From positions 4,290,001 through 4,322,000 of the forward strand of contig NC_010546.1 of assembly GCF_000017845.1 (NCBI RefSeq): a stretch of DNA of 32,000 nt. The letters run 5' to 3'. A program made the position numbers and the translations under genes. This DNA comes from Crocosphaera subtropica ATCC 51142. GTDB lineage: Bacteria > Cyanobacteriota > Cyanobacteriia > Cyanobacteriales > Microcystaceae. Positions within the stretch are counted from its first letter, which is position 1; each line of letters begins with the position of its first letter. Positions 17,869 to 27,300 of the stretch are shown one piece after another. Under the pieces are notes generated by a model. It did not search any database and had not been told where the DNA came from. It saw nothing but the letters and a program-made list of their open reading frames with translations.

Positions 17869-18074
17869 AAAAAGATAGTTTTTATGACTTTTATACTGTA
17901 CTTTTACAACACATTGCCCTAAAAAGGAGTTTTTTCCCCTATAATTTTGTACAAAGAAGCTAACCCAACTAAAGCATATCCGATAGCTTCTTTGTCTCCT
18001 TTTGTAAAATATGGCAATTCCCATACTTGTAGTGATTAACTCTTGTATATTTCCTATACATTGAGATAAATAAA

Positions 18075-18773
18075 CTATTCCGTTAAGCCATGTTTTAAAG
18101 CAAAACGAACTAACTCCGTGCGACTATTTGTCCCTGTTTTACTAAACAAACGACTGACATATTTTTCTACATTTCTCACACTTGTCTCTAAACGTGCTGC
18201 AATTTCTTTATTCATTAAACCTTCTGCAACCAAGTCTAAAACACTTTGTTCTCTTGGAGTTAAATCAATTTTGATGGGGGATGGAGTCGTGGTTAAAGTG
18301 TTTTGTTGTTGTCCAAGTTGTTGTTTTAATTCTCGAATTTCCTGGGCGATTTCTTCTAATTTTGCCGAGTCAGTAGCGGTTTTTTCATTGGTTTTGCGAC
18401 GTTCTAATAAATTCTTAACAATTGCTTCTAATTCTTCAGGATCAAAGGGTTTCGGTAAATAAGCATCACAACCAGAATTATAACCCTTAATGCGATCAGA
18501 GGTCATTCCCCTAGCGGTTAAGAAAATAACAGGAATTCCCTGAAAACGGGGGTCATCTCGTAACTTTTCTAAGAACTGATAACCATCTACTTCTGGCATC
18601 ATAATATCAGAAATAATCACATCAGGTGTTATTTTTTCTAATATTCTCCAAGCATCAGTTGCATTACTTGCAACTTTAACCGTTAAATCTCCGCTATATT
18701 CTAAATAAGCTTGTACCGATTCTCTAACACTCGGTTCATCATCAACTAATAATATTGTTGCAGAATCACTCAT
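18075..18773 (-). CDS. NarL/LuxR-family response regulator (canonical receiver)
   Basis: 232 aa. Receiver with LLVDDEP, acceptor PDVIISDIMMPEVDG, FLTARG and YLPKPF. LuxR HTH: LTPREQSVLDLVAEGLMNKEIAARLETSVRNVEKYVSRLFSKTG. No adjacent histidine kinase. Confidence 0.9.
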   Translation of the reverse strand: MSDSATILLVDDEPSVRESVQAYLEYSGDLTVKVASNATDAWRILEKITPDVIISDIMMPEVDGYQFLEKLRDDPRFQGIPVIFLTARGMTSDRIKGYNSGCDAYLPKPFDPEELEAIVKNLLERRKTNEKTATDSAKLEEIAQEIRELKQQLGQQQNTLTTTPSPIKIDLTPREQSVLDLVAEGLMNKEIAARLETSVRNVEKYVSRLFSKTGTNSRTELVRFALKHGLTE

Positions 18774-18791
18774 GATTTTGGTTTATCTATT

Positions 18792-19148
18792 CTAATTTGA
18801 ACTGTCATCTACAGAAACCGCATTCACTTCTATTGTCTCACCTTCTGGAGAATCTTCTACGGTGACTTGATTTGAGTTTTGTAATCTTTCAACTACCATT
18901 GAAAATAATTCTGTTATCAATAACGTTAGTAACACGAAATCATCAATTTGTCCAGCAATAGGAAAGACATCGGGAGAAATATCAAAGGGACTGATAAAAT
19001 AAACTAACGTTCCTAAAATTACCAGCCAACTATACTGAGGATGACGTATTGCCCTACGATACCAATCATAAACAAATTGTAACGGAAATTTCATGGGACT
19101 GAATAATTTTTGTCTAACTTCAAAAGTTTTTGTTATTTCAAAACTCAC
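18792..19148 (-). CDS. DUF1232 (YkvA-like) membrane protein
   Basis: 118 aa. Characteristic YFISPFDISPDVFPIAGQIDDFVLLTLL motif flanked by hydrophobic helices. Lies 18 nt upstream of the response regulator gene. Confidence 0.75.
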   Translation of the reverse strand: MSFEITKTFEVRQKLFSPMKFPLQFVYDWYRRAIRHPQYSWLVILGTLVYFISPFDISPDVFPIAGQIDDFVLLTLLITELFSMVVERLQNSNQVTVEDSPEGETIEVNAVSVDDSSN

Positions 19149-19185
19149 TTTGATTATAACTTATAAATAATTATTAATCTTTCAA

Positions 19186-19213
19186 GTAGAGATGTTTCAT
19201 TAAACATCTCTAC
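19186..19213 (-). terminator. Perfect 12-bp stem-loop downstream of the deaminase-family gene
   Basis: GTAGAGATGTTT (19186-19197), loop CATT, AAACATCTCTAC (19202-19213). On the minus strand it begins 7 nt after the 19221 stop and is followed by TTGAAAGATT, only partly U-rich. It could be a terminator or an RNA stability element. Confidence 0.45.
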
Positions 19214-19220
19214 AGAAAAA

Positions 19221-20270
19221 TTAAACTGACAATAATTCTTGTTCTTCTTCTGAAGAATCGTCATTGAGTAAGCCAATTAATAAAGAAGCAGGCGGTTCCT
19301 TATATGGCCAGGCAAACGCATGACGAAAGGCTGCATCTTGACAAGCTTGTAACTGATGAAAATCAATCACATCTTGAGTCAAAAGATTTTCAAATTCAAA
19401 CGGTAAACGTACATTATGAAGTCCAGCATTATCCGTACAGATAGCTATATCAACTCCTGCATCAAAACAGCGATCAAATACTGTTTTTAACTGGTATAAA
19501 TCCTCTAAGGTTCCTGTTTTCAAATAAGTGGTAGGACACACTTCTAAACATTGATTTGCTTCAGCTAATTGGGGTAATAGTTCAGGATGTTTTAAAGGAA
19601 TTTGGATACCGTGACCAATTCTCATTAAATAGGGTAATAATTCAGGATAACAACCCTCCGGGGTTTCATAAAGATGACCAGTGGTTTTTAATCCAAGCGA
19701 TCGCGCATATTTATACAGATCAATAAACTCGTCTAATCGTTCCCCATAATGGGAGTCACCCCCGGCTACATCGATAGCACATACATAGTCTCTCATTTGT
19801 GCAGCTAACTCTACAATCGCCTTATTGACTTCATAGGGTAAACGGGAGTGCATACAAAGAATTTGACTAATAATAATCGGATATTCTTTGACTTGACTGG
19901 CCTTACCAACTATTTGCACAATATTAGTCATCGCCTCAATTCTTTGAGACTGATTAAGGTGTTCTGGAGTCCGAAGATAAGGGGTATAGCGTAACTCCAA
20001 ATAAGCCAAATTTTCAAAAATATAAGCCCCACGAATTAGGCGATAAATAAAGTAAGGAAGGGTTTGTTCTGTTTGTACACTTTCAACTAAAGTATGGAGT
20101 TCTAAATACTCATCCAGGGTGTTCCGTTTGCGGGTATAAAATTCTTCAAAAGTAGGGTATTCAGGAAACCGTTGCGCCATGTCTGGGTTATGACGCTTGA
20201 AATATCGCCAAAGAATGCGAGGAACCACAGAACCTCCGAGATGACGATGTAAGTCCGCGTAAAGTGCCAC
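19221..20270 (-). CDS. Adenosine/adenine deaminase-family metallo-hydrolase
   Basis: 349 aa. N-terminal metal-binding HxH (DLHRHLGGS), RIGHGIQ, and C-terminal IAICTDNAGLH matching the ADA TDD-type motif but with the second Asp replaced by Asn. Confidence 0.8.
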   Translation of the reverse strand: MALYADLHRHLGGSVVPRILWRYFKRHNPDMAQRFPEYPTFEEFYTRKRNTLDEYLELHTLVESVQTEQTLPYFIYRLIRGAYIFENLAYLELRYTPYLRTPEHLNQSQRIEAMTNIVQIVGKASQVKEYPIIISQILCMHSRLPYEVNKAIVELAAQMRDYVCAIDVAGGDSHYGERLDEFIDLYKYARSLGLKTTGHLYETPEGCYPELLPYLMRIGHGIQIPLKHPELLPQLAEANQCLEVCPTTYLKTGTLEDLYQLKTVFDRCFDAGVDIAICTDNAGLHNVRLPFEFENLLTQDVIDFHQLQACQDAAFRHAFAWPYKEPPASLLIGLLNDDSSEEEQELLSV

Positions 20271-20436
20271 AAAAACCTCCTGGTGCTGTATATTAAGATT
20301 TATTTTATAGCCATTAGCAAGGGAATGTTACAAATTAGGAAACATGAAAGACAAACTTGAATTCCCTTGATAAACTAACTCATAGAAGAAAAACCTTTAA
20401 ATTTTGACCATAAGCTTAAAATAGTCTTAAAGATTA

Positions 20437-21351
20437 ATGATCTCTGTCTATATTCTCACCTATAACGAACAAGTCGATATTGCCGAATGTATTGAATCGG
20501 TAATTGGTTTATCCGATGATGTGATCGTAGTTGACTCTTATAGTAGCGATCGCACCATAGAAATTGCCTCCCGTTACCCTGTGAAAATTGTTGAACACGA
20601 ATTTGAAAGTCACGGAAAACAACGGACTTGGATGCTAAAAAACATTCCAACTAAACATAAATGGGTCTATATTTTAGAAGCAGATGAACGCATGACCCCA
20701 GAATTATTTGCTGAGTGTGTTGCAGCCAGTCAAAGCAAACAAGCGATCGGTTATTATGTAGCAGAACGGGTTATCTTTATGGGTCAATGGATTCGTCACA
20801 GTACCCAATACCCCCGTTATCAAATGCGCTTGTTTGAAAAAGGCCAAGTGTGGTTTGGCGACTATGGCCACACCGAACGAGAAATTTACACAGGGCCAGT
20901 GGGTTTTATTAAAGAAACCTATCCTCACTATACCTGTGGCAAAGGCTTAAGTCGTTGGATCGAAAAACACAATCGTTATTCAACCGATGAAGCCAAAGAA
21001 ACCCTCTATCAATTAGAACAAGGGGGTGTGAATTGGAAAAAATTATTTTTTGGAACTTCTGAGGTTGAACGGAGACGGGCTTTAAAAGATTTATCCTTAA
21101 GAATACCGTTCCGTCCTATTGTTCGTTGGTTTTATATGTATTTTATCTTAGGAGGAATGTTAGACGGTAAAGCAGGGTTTGCTTGGTGTACCTTACAAGC
21201 CTTTTATGAGTATTTAATCCTCTTAAAAGTGGATGAATTGAGAGAAACTAACTTAGAGTCTCCCTATCCTAATTCCCTAAAATATCCTGATCCCGAAGAA
21301 TCAGCTAATCCCTCCGAGTCATTTCTTTATAGATCCGAAGAAGTATCATAA
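20437..21351 (+). CDS. Family 2 glycosyltransferase
   Basis: 304 aa. GT2 N-terminal pattern [21 protein letters not shown]...[14 protein letters not shown] and EADE (DxD-like). The C-terminal 25 nt overlap convergently with the prfB 3' end. Confidence 0.85.
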   Translation: MISVYILTYNEQVDIAECIESVIGLSDDVIVVDSYSSDRTIEIASRYPVKIVEHEFESHGKQRTWMLKNIPTKHKWVYILEADERMTPELFAECVAASQSKQAIGYYVAERVIFMGQWIRHSTQYPRYQMRLFEKGQVWFGDYGHTEREIYTGPVGFIKETYPHYTCGKGLSRWIEKHNRYSTDEAKETLYQLEQGGVNWKKLFFGTSEVERRRALKDLSLRIPFRPIVRWFYMYFILGGMLDGKAGFAWCTLQAFYEYLILLKVDELRETNLESPYPNSLKYPDPEESANPSESFLYRSEEVS

Positions 21352-22440
21352 CGTAGGTAAGCTTCGATAAAAGGATCTAAATAACCATCCATTACCCCAG
21401 TAATATCGGTGGTTTCTATATTGGTTCGTAAATCTTTCACCATCTGATAAGGATGGAAAACATAATTCCGAATTTGATTTCCCCAAGCAGCGTCTACCAT
21501 ATCCCCTCGAATTTCGGCAATTTCTTGCGCCCGTTGTTCTTGGGCAATAATTAGCAATTTGGCCTTTAATAACGCCAGGGCTTTTTCTTTATTTTGCAGT
21601 TGAGAACGTTCTTGAGTACAACGAACCGCAATACCTGTAGGAATATGGACAACACGCACGGCTGTTTCCACCTTATTAACATTTTGTCCCCCCTTTCCTC
21701 CCGAACGAGAGGTACTAATTTCTAAATCTTTATCCGGAATCTCAACCTTAAGATCATCTTCTTCTAATGCTGGCATCACCTCAACTCCAGCGAAACTGGT
21801 TTGACGTTTACCATTAGCATTAAACGGAGAAATTCTTACCAGTCGATGGGTTCCTTTTTCTCCTTTTAAATAACCAAAAGCATAACGGCCTTCTATTTCT
21901 AGGGTCGCTGATTTAATGCCGGCTTCATCCCCTTCCGAGAGTTCCGTTAAATCGACCTTATAACCCTGTTGTTCTCCCCAACGGGTGTACATTCTCAGAA
22001 GCATTTGCGCCCAGTCTTGAGCATCCGTACCGCCAGCACCAGCATTAATGGTTAAAATCGCCCCTTTGGTATCATAAATCCCTGATAGTAACTGCTGTAA
22101 TTCCCAGCGATCGAGATTGTGGTTCAGTTGCGTAATATTCTCTTGAGCCTCTTGGCGCAGAGTGGTATCGTCTTCGAGTTCCAATAATTCTGCGATCGCT
22201 TTAGTGTCTTCTAACTGATGACACCATCGTTGATACTGTTCTAATTGGGATTTGAGATCATTTAATTCTTGTAGGGTGGTTTGAGCGGTTTCAGGATCAT
22301 CCCAAAACTGTGGTTGGGCTGCCGTATTTTCCAAATTTTTAATGGCTGCTTTGAGAGCAGGTAAGTCAAAGGTAGTCCTGGGTTTTCCCCAGGCGCGAAC
22401 CAATTAATTCAATTTCTCGTTTAAGTTCCGTTGTTTCCAT
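21327..22440 (-). CDS. prfB: Peptide chain release factor 2, expressed through a programmed +1 frameshift; CDS is join(22440..22369, 22367..21327) on the minus strand
   Basis: Frame 0 from ATG 22440 reads [24 protein letters not shown], then TGA (22368-22366). Frame +1 continues [13 protein letters not shown]... and contains the RF2-specific SPF ([11 protein letters not shown]) and the universal GGQ ([17 protein letters not shown]). The ORF-track start [12 protein letters not shown] is an artefact of the +1 frame. Confidence 0.92.
22365..22371 (-). promoter_or_regulatory. prfB: prfB autoregulatory +1 frameshift site CTT TGA C
   Basis: The minus strand reads CAGGACTAC CTT TGA CTT. This matches the canonical RF2 shift heptamer, with an SD-like AGGA a few nt upstream. 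Confidence 0.88.
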
Positions 22441-22454
22441 AGACTCCTAATGAT

Positions 22455-23717
22455 TTAAAATCTAAAGTTATTGTTCCCACCACCGTCAAAGTTTCTATTA
22501 GGTAACCCAATAATAAAGTTGCTAAAGCCTAACAAATCTCGAATAGGCTGAGTAATGACTCGGAAGGCTGCTAAAACCTTACCTAATAGGGTTCGACTGA
22601 CAACAATCACATCTTCATTTTGTAGGGTAACATATTGAGTCACATCGAGATTTTCTACCGTCTTAATGGGATTCAACCCTTGTGTTACCACTTTACCCTG
22701 TTCAGGATCAAATCTTAGTAACGTTACTTCTTCTTTGGTGATCAAAGGAATACTTGGGGGTAAAGCGGCCACTGCATCGACAAAGGTACTCCCATTGGGA
22801 AGGGTGATATTGCGAACAGCTAAGCCAATGGGAGCAGTGGGTACTAAGACACGAACGATAATGGTCGGTTGTGCTAAATTGGTTTTAGAAATTAAGGTTC
22901 GATCATAGTCTTTTTGTCCTGCATCTAGCTTAGAAACGATAATTGTATCCCCTCCCTGTAAGCGAAATGAGGGTAAACGAGTTCCTTCGATTAAGGGACT
23001 ATACAAATCAACCCGTTCTTCGAGTACGGTGCCATCTACTAGAGGACGACGAACAATAATGGATCGTAAGTCTGCTTCGGGGGTACTACCACCAACTCCT
23101 GTGATCACATTATTCAAGGTGATCCCTGGGGCAAAAAAGTAATATCCAGGACGACTGACTTCCCCTAAAATCGTCAACTGTACCGGACGAGGTCCTGAGA
23201 GAACCGCAATAACTTCGGGGGGTTCTTGTAAATAACGCTGTCCTAATTCGTAAGCCACTTTTGTTTCTACTTCATCTAGAGTCAGTCCCACAATAGAGAT
23301 TTGTCCCAAAAAGGGAACACGAATTTTGCCTTCAGGATCGATCGCTCCTACAAAGCTAAATTCATCAAAGTCAAGAACCGTTACACTAATGGCATCCCCA
23401 ATGGCTAAACGATAGAGATTAAACTGTTCTGAGGTTCTGACATCGAATAAAGGAGGTCGTTTAGTACCTGGGGGAATATCTTCATCTCGGAAAGTTGTCG
23501 GAGGAGACTCCTGAACTTCCACAGGTTCGAGGGGTTGTTGTTGAACGTCTTGAGCGATACTAGCGGGGGTTAATAACCCTTGAATTAAACTCCAACCTAA
23601 AAGACCTTGGGAACAACTGTAAAATATCGAAGCGAACAAAGGTAACCTCAATATTGTTTTTCGGGCTTGCTGAGATCCCTTTTGACGATTTACCATTGTT
23701 TTCCTCACACCACACAC
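22455..23717 (-). CDS. Wza/KpsD-like polysaccharide export protein (Poly_export + SLBB domains)
   Basis: 420 aa. Signal-peptide-like N-terminus; the start could instead be MVNRQ at 23696. Poly_export-type segment YRLAIGDAISVTVLDFDEFSFVGAIDPEGKIRVPFLGQISIVGLTLDEVETKVAYEL. SLBB-like repeats (ILGEVSRPGYYFFAPGITLNNVI; RLQGGDTIIV; LQNEDVIVV). C-terminal ...NNFRF with a terminal Phe, as in outer-membrane proteins. Confidence 0.85.
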   Translation of the reverse strand: MCGVRKTMVNRQKGSQQARKTILRLPLFASIFYSCSQGLLGWSLIQGLLTPASIAQDVQQQPLEPVEVQESPPTTFRDEDIPPGTKRPPLFDVRTSEQFNLYRLAIGDAISVTVLDFDEFSFVGAIDPEGKIRVPFLGQISIVGLTLDEVETKVAYELGQRYLQEPPEVIAVLSGPRPVQLTILGEVSRPGYYFFAPGITLNNVITGVGGSTPEADLRSIIVRRPLVDGTVLEERVDLYSPLIEGTRLPSFRLQGGDTIIVSKLDAGQKDYDRTLISKTNLAQPTIIVRVLVPTAPIGLAVRNITLPNGSTFVDAVAALPPSIPLITKEEVTLLRFDPEQGKVVTQGLNPIKTVENLDVTQYVTLQNEDVIVVSRTLLGKVLAAFRVITQPIRDLLGFSNFIIGLPNRNFDGGGNNNFRF

Positions 23718-23787
23718 ACATTACTCAGATTTTAGGATAGATCAAATCTGTCCTAATTGGTAACCAGTGATTCCTTATCAATGACCT

Positions 23788-24312
23788 TTAAAAGCCAAAG
23801 TCGCCCATACCCATCGGTGGCACTAAACGATCAACATCTAAAATAAAGACAGTTAATAATTGATCGTTTTCTTGTACTCTAGTAACGTGACTGGCAATTT
23901 CTAACGTATCCCCACGACGATAAGAGTCCGGTAAGGTGCGAATCTGGCTCAGAGGTACATCAAACATTGAAGGGGTTTGAGAGACTAAAATACCAAACAA
24001 TTCATCCGTGGTATTTTTTGCCAAGATCAGAAACTGTCGCCCCTGCATGGGTGATTGAGACACTTTAAAAAGGCGTTTATGGAGATCAATGGCCGTGATT
24101 TCCATTTCATCCATATGAATGAGTCCCACCGCCGTTGTGCCACTCCCTTCCATGGGGGTGTAATGAGTAATCTTTTTGACCGATTCTACCGGCAAAGCTA
24201 AATGAAGGGTTCCTGTTTGAAAAACTAATAATTTACGACGACGGGTTGCTTGTGATTCTAAATCAGGGTCAACAGTCGCTGTGTAATAAGAAGTTGTTTT
24301 TGTAGTCATCAT
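23788..24312 (-). CDS. CheW-like coupling protein, located downstream of cheA
   Basis: 174 aa. CheW-domain pattern: KLLVFQTGTLHLALPVESVKKITHYTPMEG...AVGLIHMDEMEITAIDLHKRL...FLILAKN...FGILVSQTPSMFDVPLSQIR. Confidence 0.8.
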   Translation of the reverse strand: MMTTKTTSYYTATVDPDLESQATRRRKLLVFQTGTLHLALPVESVKKITHYTPMEGSGTTAVGLIHMDEMEITAIDLHKRLFKVSQSPMQGRQFLILAKNTTDELFGILVSQTPSMFDVPLSQIRTLPDSYRRGDTLEIASHVTRVQENDQLLTVFILDVDRLVPPMGMGDFGF

Positions 24313-24382
24313 TTTTTCAGGTAATCAATAATAGATAATTTAGAAGTTAAAATAAACTTTCCATTCTCACTTCTTCTCAGTG

Positions 24383-27300
24383 TTAACTGGTAATCATATT
24401 TTTAATAGTTTCTAGGAATTGTTGTTCAATATAGGGTTTGGTAAAGTAAGCATTCGCCCCTAAATGGGTCGCTAACTGACGGTGTTTTTCACTGCTACGG
24501 GAGGTTAACATAGCCACAGGAATTGCCATTAATTTAGGATCACGACGACGTTGTCCAAGAAATTCAAATCCGTTCATATTGGGCATTTCCACATCACAAA
24601 TGACCAGTTGAATGCCTGGATGTTGTTGCAGTTGTTCTAGGGCTTCTCGCCCGTCTCTAGCCTGTAATACCCGATACCCTGATTTTTGTAAGGTTAAGGC
24701 TAAGGTCCGTCTTAAAGCTGCTGAGTCATCCACCACTAGAACGGTGGGATTTTGTAGCACTGAGGTCGGGGTAGAAGATTCCTCCCTAGCAGTTTCTACT
24801 GTAACACCAGCAGCTTTTTCGGAAGCCTCATAGGATTCTAAACATTCATCCAGTAAAATAGTGCCATTGACCACAGGAATTAAGGTTCCATCCCCCAAAA
24901 TAGTACAACCATAGATGTAAGTAGGGGCTGCTATAGCTTTACCGAAGGGTTTAATCACTAATTCTTGTTCGGTCACCAAACGATTCACTTCCAAAGCGTA
25001 TAAACGCTCCTTTCGCCGTAAAATCAGCAAAGGTGAACCCCAATTATCAGGGGTAGCAATGCCCTGAAGGGACTGAGAGGTAAAGCCTTCAGGACAAGGA
25101 CTCTTATACTCAAGCAAATGTTGAATGGGATAAATGGGAATAATGTGTTTTTGCCAAGCTAGAAACCGTTGTTCTCCTGATGTTTTAATTTGTTCTGGTT
25201 CTGGCATAATAATTTCTTCAATGCTATCGGAGGGGAGAGCAATGGCCGATCCTTGATGAGAATTATCTTGTTGAATCAAACAGACTAATAGTTTCGCAAT
25301 AGTGAGAGTTAGAGGCAAACGGAGGGTAAAAGTCGTTCCTTGGCCAGAAATAGAACTCACCGAAACCGTTCCTTTTAAAGCTCGTAATTGTTCTCTAACG
25401 ACATCTAAACCAACCCCACGACCAGAGAGTTCGCTAACTTTACTGGCCGTAGAAAATCCAGGTTCAAAAATAAGATCCTGTAGTGCTTCTTTTGTCATCA
25501 CAGTTACCTGTTCTGGGGTCACTAACCCTGCTTCAACTGCTTTTTTGGCAATTTTCTCCAAATCTAAGCCTCCACCGTCGTCGTGCATTTCAATGATGGT
25601 TTGGTTACCTTGGTGATAAGCCTGAATTTCAATTTGTCCTTGTTCTGGTTTACCCAACTTGCGACGAATTTCTGGGGGTTCAATTCCATGATCAAAGCCA
25701 TTTCTCAAAAGATGTTGTAGAGGATCATATAATTTTTCTAAGGCTGCTTTATCGACTAAAACTGAGCTTCCAGTCAGCTTCAATTTGACCAATTTATGAT
25801 ACTTATTAGATAGATCCCGTAAGACTCTAGGAAAACGATTTAAGACTTCTCCTAACGGTAACATTCTCGCCCACATTAATTCATCTCGAAGATTGGTGAG
25901 CATCTGTCGTTGTTGTTCTAAGGTTTGATTAGAGGAGCGGGCAAACAAAACGATATCATCCACTGATTCCTCTAATTGCATCATTTCTTCGAGTAAAGTC
26001 TGCACAATAGAATAAACGGTGCCATAGGAATCCATTTCCAAAGAATCGAAATCAGTAGATTCTGAAGAAGTAGAAAAAGGAGAGCGAGTAAAAGGATTTT
26101 GTTGATTTAAAGAATTAGTATTAACTTTTATAGCTCCATAACGTTCAGGAGCAATCACCATTTGATCCGATAATTGTTTAAGGGTGTCTGTAATTTTTTG
26201 GAAATGGGAAAATCGATAAATTAAGTCTTTGACCTTGTTTTGTAATTGATCATTTTGTAGAGATAAACTATTACGATTAATCACTAATTCCCCTACTAAA
26301 TTATTCATTCTTTCTAGTCGGTTAAAATCAACCCTAACCGAGAGAAGTGCAGCAGTTTTTTGTGTCTCTGAGGCTTCTTGTTGACTGACACTTCGGGTTC
26401 CTGGGCGACTTCTAGACGAACGAGTCGAACGAGTACCATGAAAATCTTGTTGGACAGTTTCACGGGATACTGGTTTGGGTGAAACTGAAGGATCATGCTC
26501 TTGTTCAACTGTCGGTAAGCTTTCAAAAATATCTTCAACTGAGCCAACAAAAGTATCAAGATTTTCTTGAATTTCTGTTTCATTAATTTCTAAGGATACT
26601 GGTTCTTCTGTAGGGGTTTCTACCTTACCAAACAGATCATCGAGAGAAGTGGCAAAAGGCACGTCCTCAATTGATTTAGATTGATCCTCAAAAGGTTCTC
26701 CAAAAACATCATCTAAAGCAGGAACCCCCTCCCAGTTGGGTTCTTCTTGTTCTTCTCCCGTTGACCCAAAAATATCATCCAATGGAGGTGTGTTGCTAAA
26801 ATCTAGGGTAGTAGCAGCCATTGGCTCCTGACTCAGAGAAGCCTCATCAGAGAACATCAATGGAGTGGCTTCCTCCTCTTGTGTATCTTGGAACAGATCA
26901 TCTAGGGAGAGAATAGAAGGGTCTTCTTGGGTCGGTTCTGAGGATGGTGCTGTTATTTCCAGTGTATTTCCATTAGCAAGATTTAATAAGTCTGGAGAGG
27001 GTTGACCCCCCGACGTGCGATCGCCTTCGACTAACACTAAATGCTGACTCTGTTTTAAATCCTTCAAGGTTAGCTGAGCAATGGTTATCGCCTCTGAAGG
27101 AGACTGTTCGAGGGCTTGTAGGGTGGTTTCGACAATCTCCCCAAACCCTGGTAAGCCAAGGAGTTCAGCAAATCCATTAAACACTTCCCCTTGATTACGC
27201 AAGGTTTGAGTAATTTGTTCATTATCTCCAGAAGCCAAAGCCGTTTCAATTTCTGCTAACCCCTGAGCTACATCTACTTCAAACAACGAAGAAACAATAT

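Noticed and set aside
17821-18024. 67-aa minus-strand ORF (MGIAIFYKRRQRSYRICFSW...)
   Set aside because: Its composition is not protein-like and it overlaps the end of the antitoxin-like ORF. A different frame in the same region (17919-18035) gives a more protein-like fragment but has no start codon. I treat the region as decayed sequence rather than a gene.
21327-21351. The 25-nt convergent overlap of the GT2 and prfB 3' ends, considered as a possible annotation error or antisense regulation
   Set aside because: Both reading frames are supported up to their stops by protein-like sequence. Short convergent overlaps are common and need no special explanation.
22368-22403. The ORF-track N-terminus of the 358-aa protein ([12 protein letters not shown]...), taken as the prfB start
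   Set aside because: This stretch is the +1 frame read upstream of the CTT TGA C shift site. The real start is ATG 22440 in frame 0, joined by the programmed frameshift.
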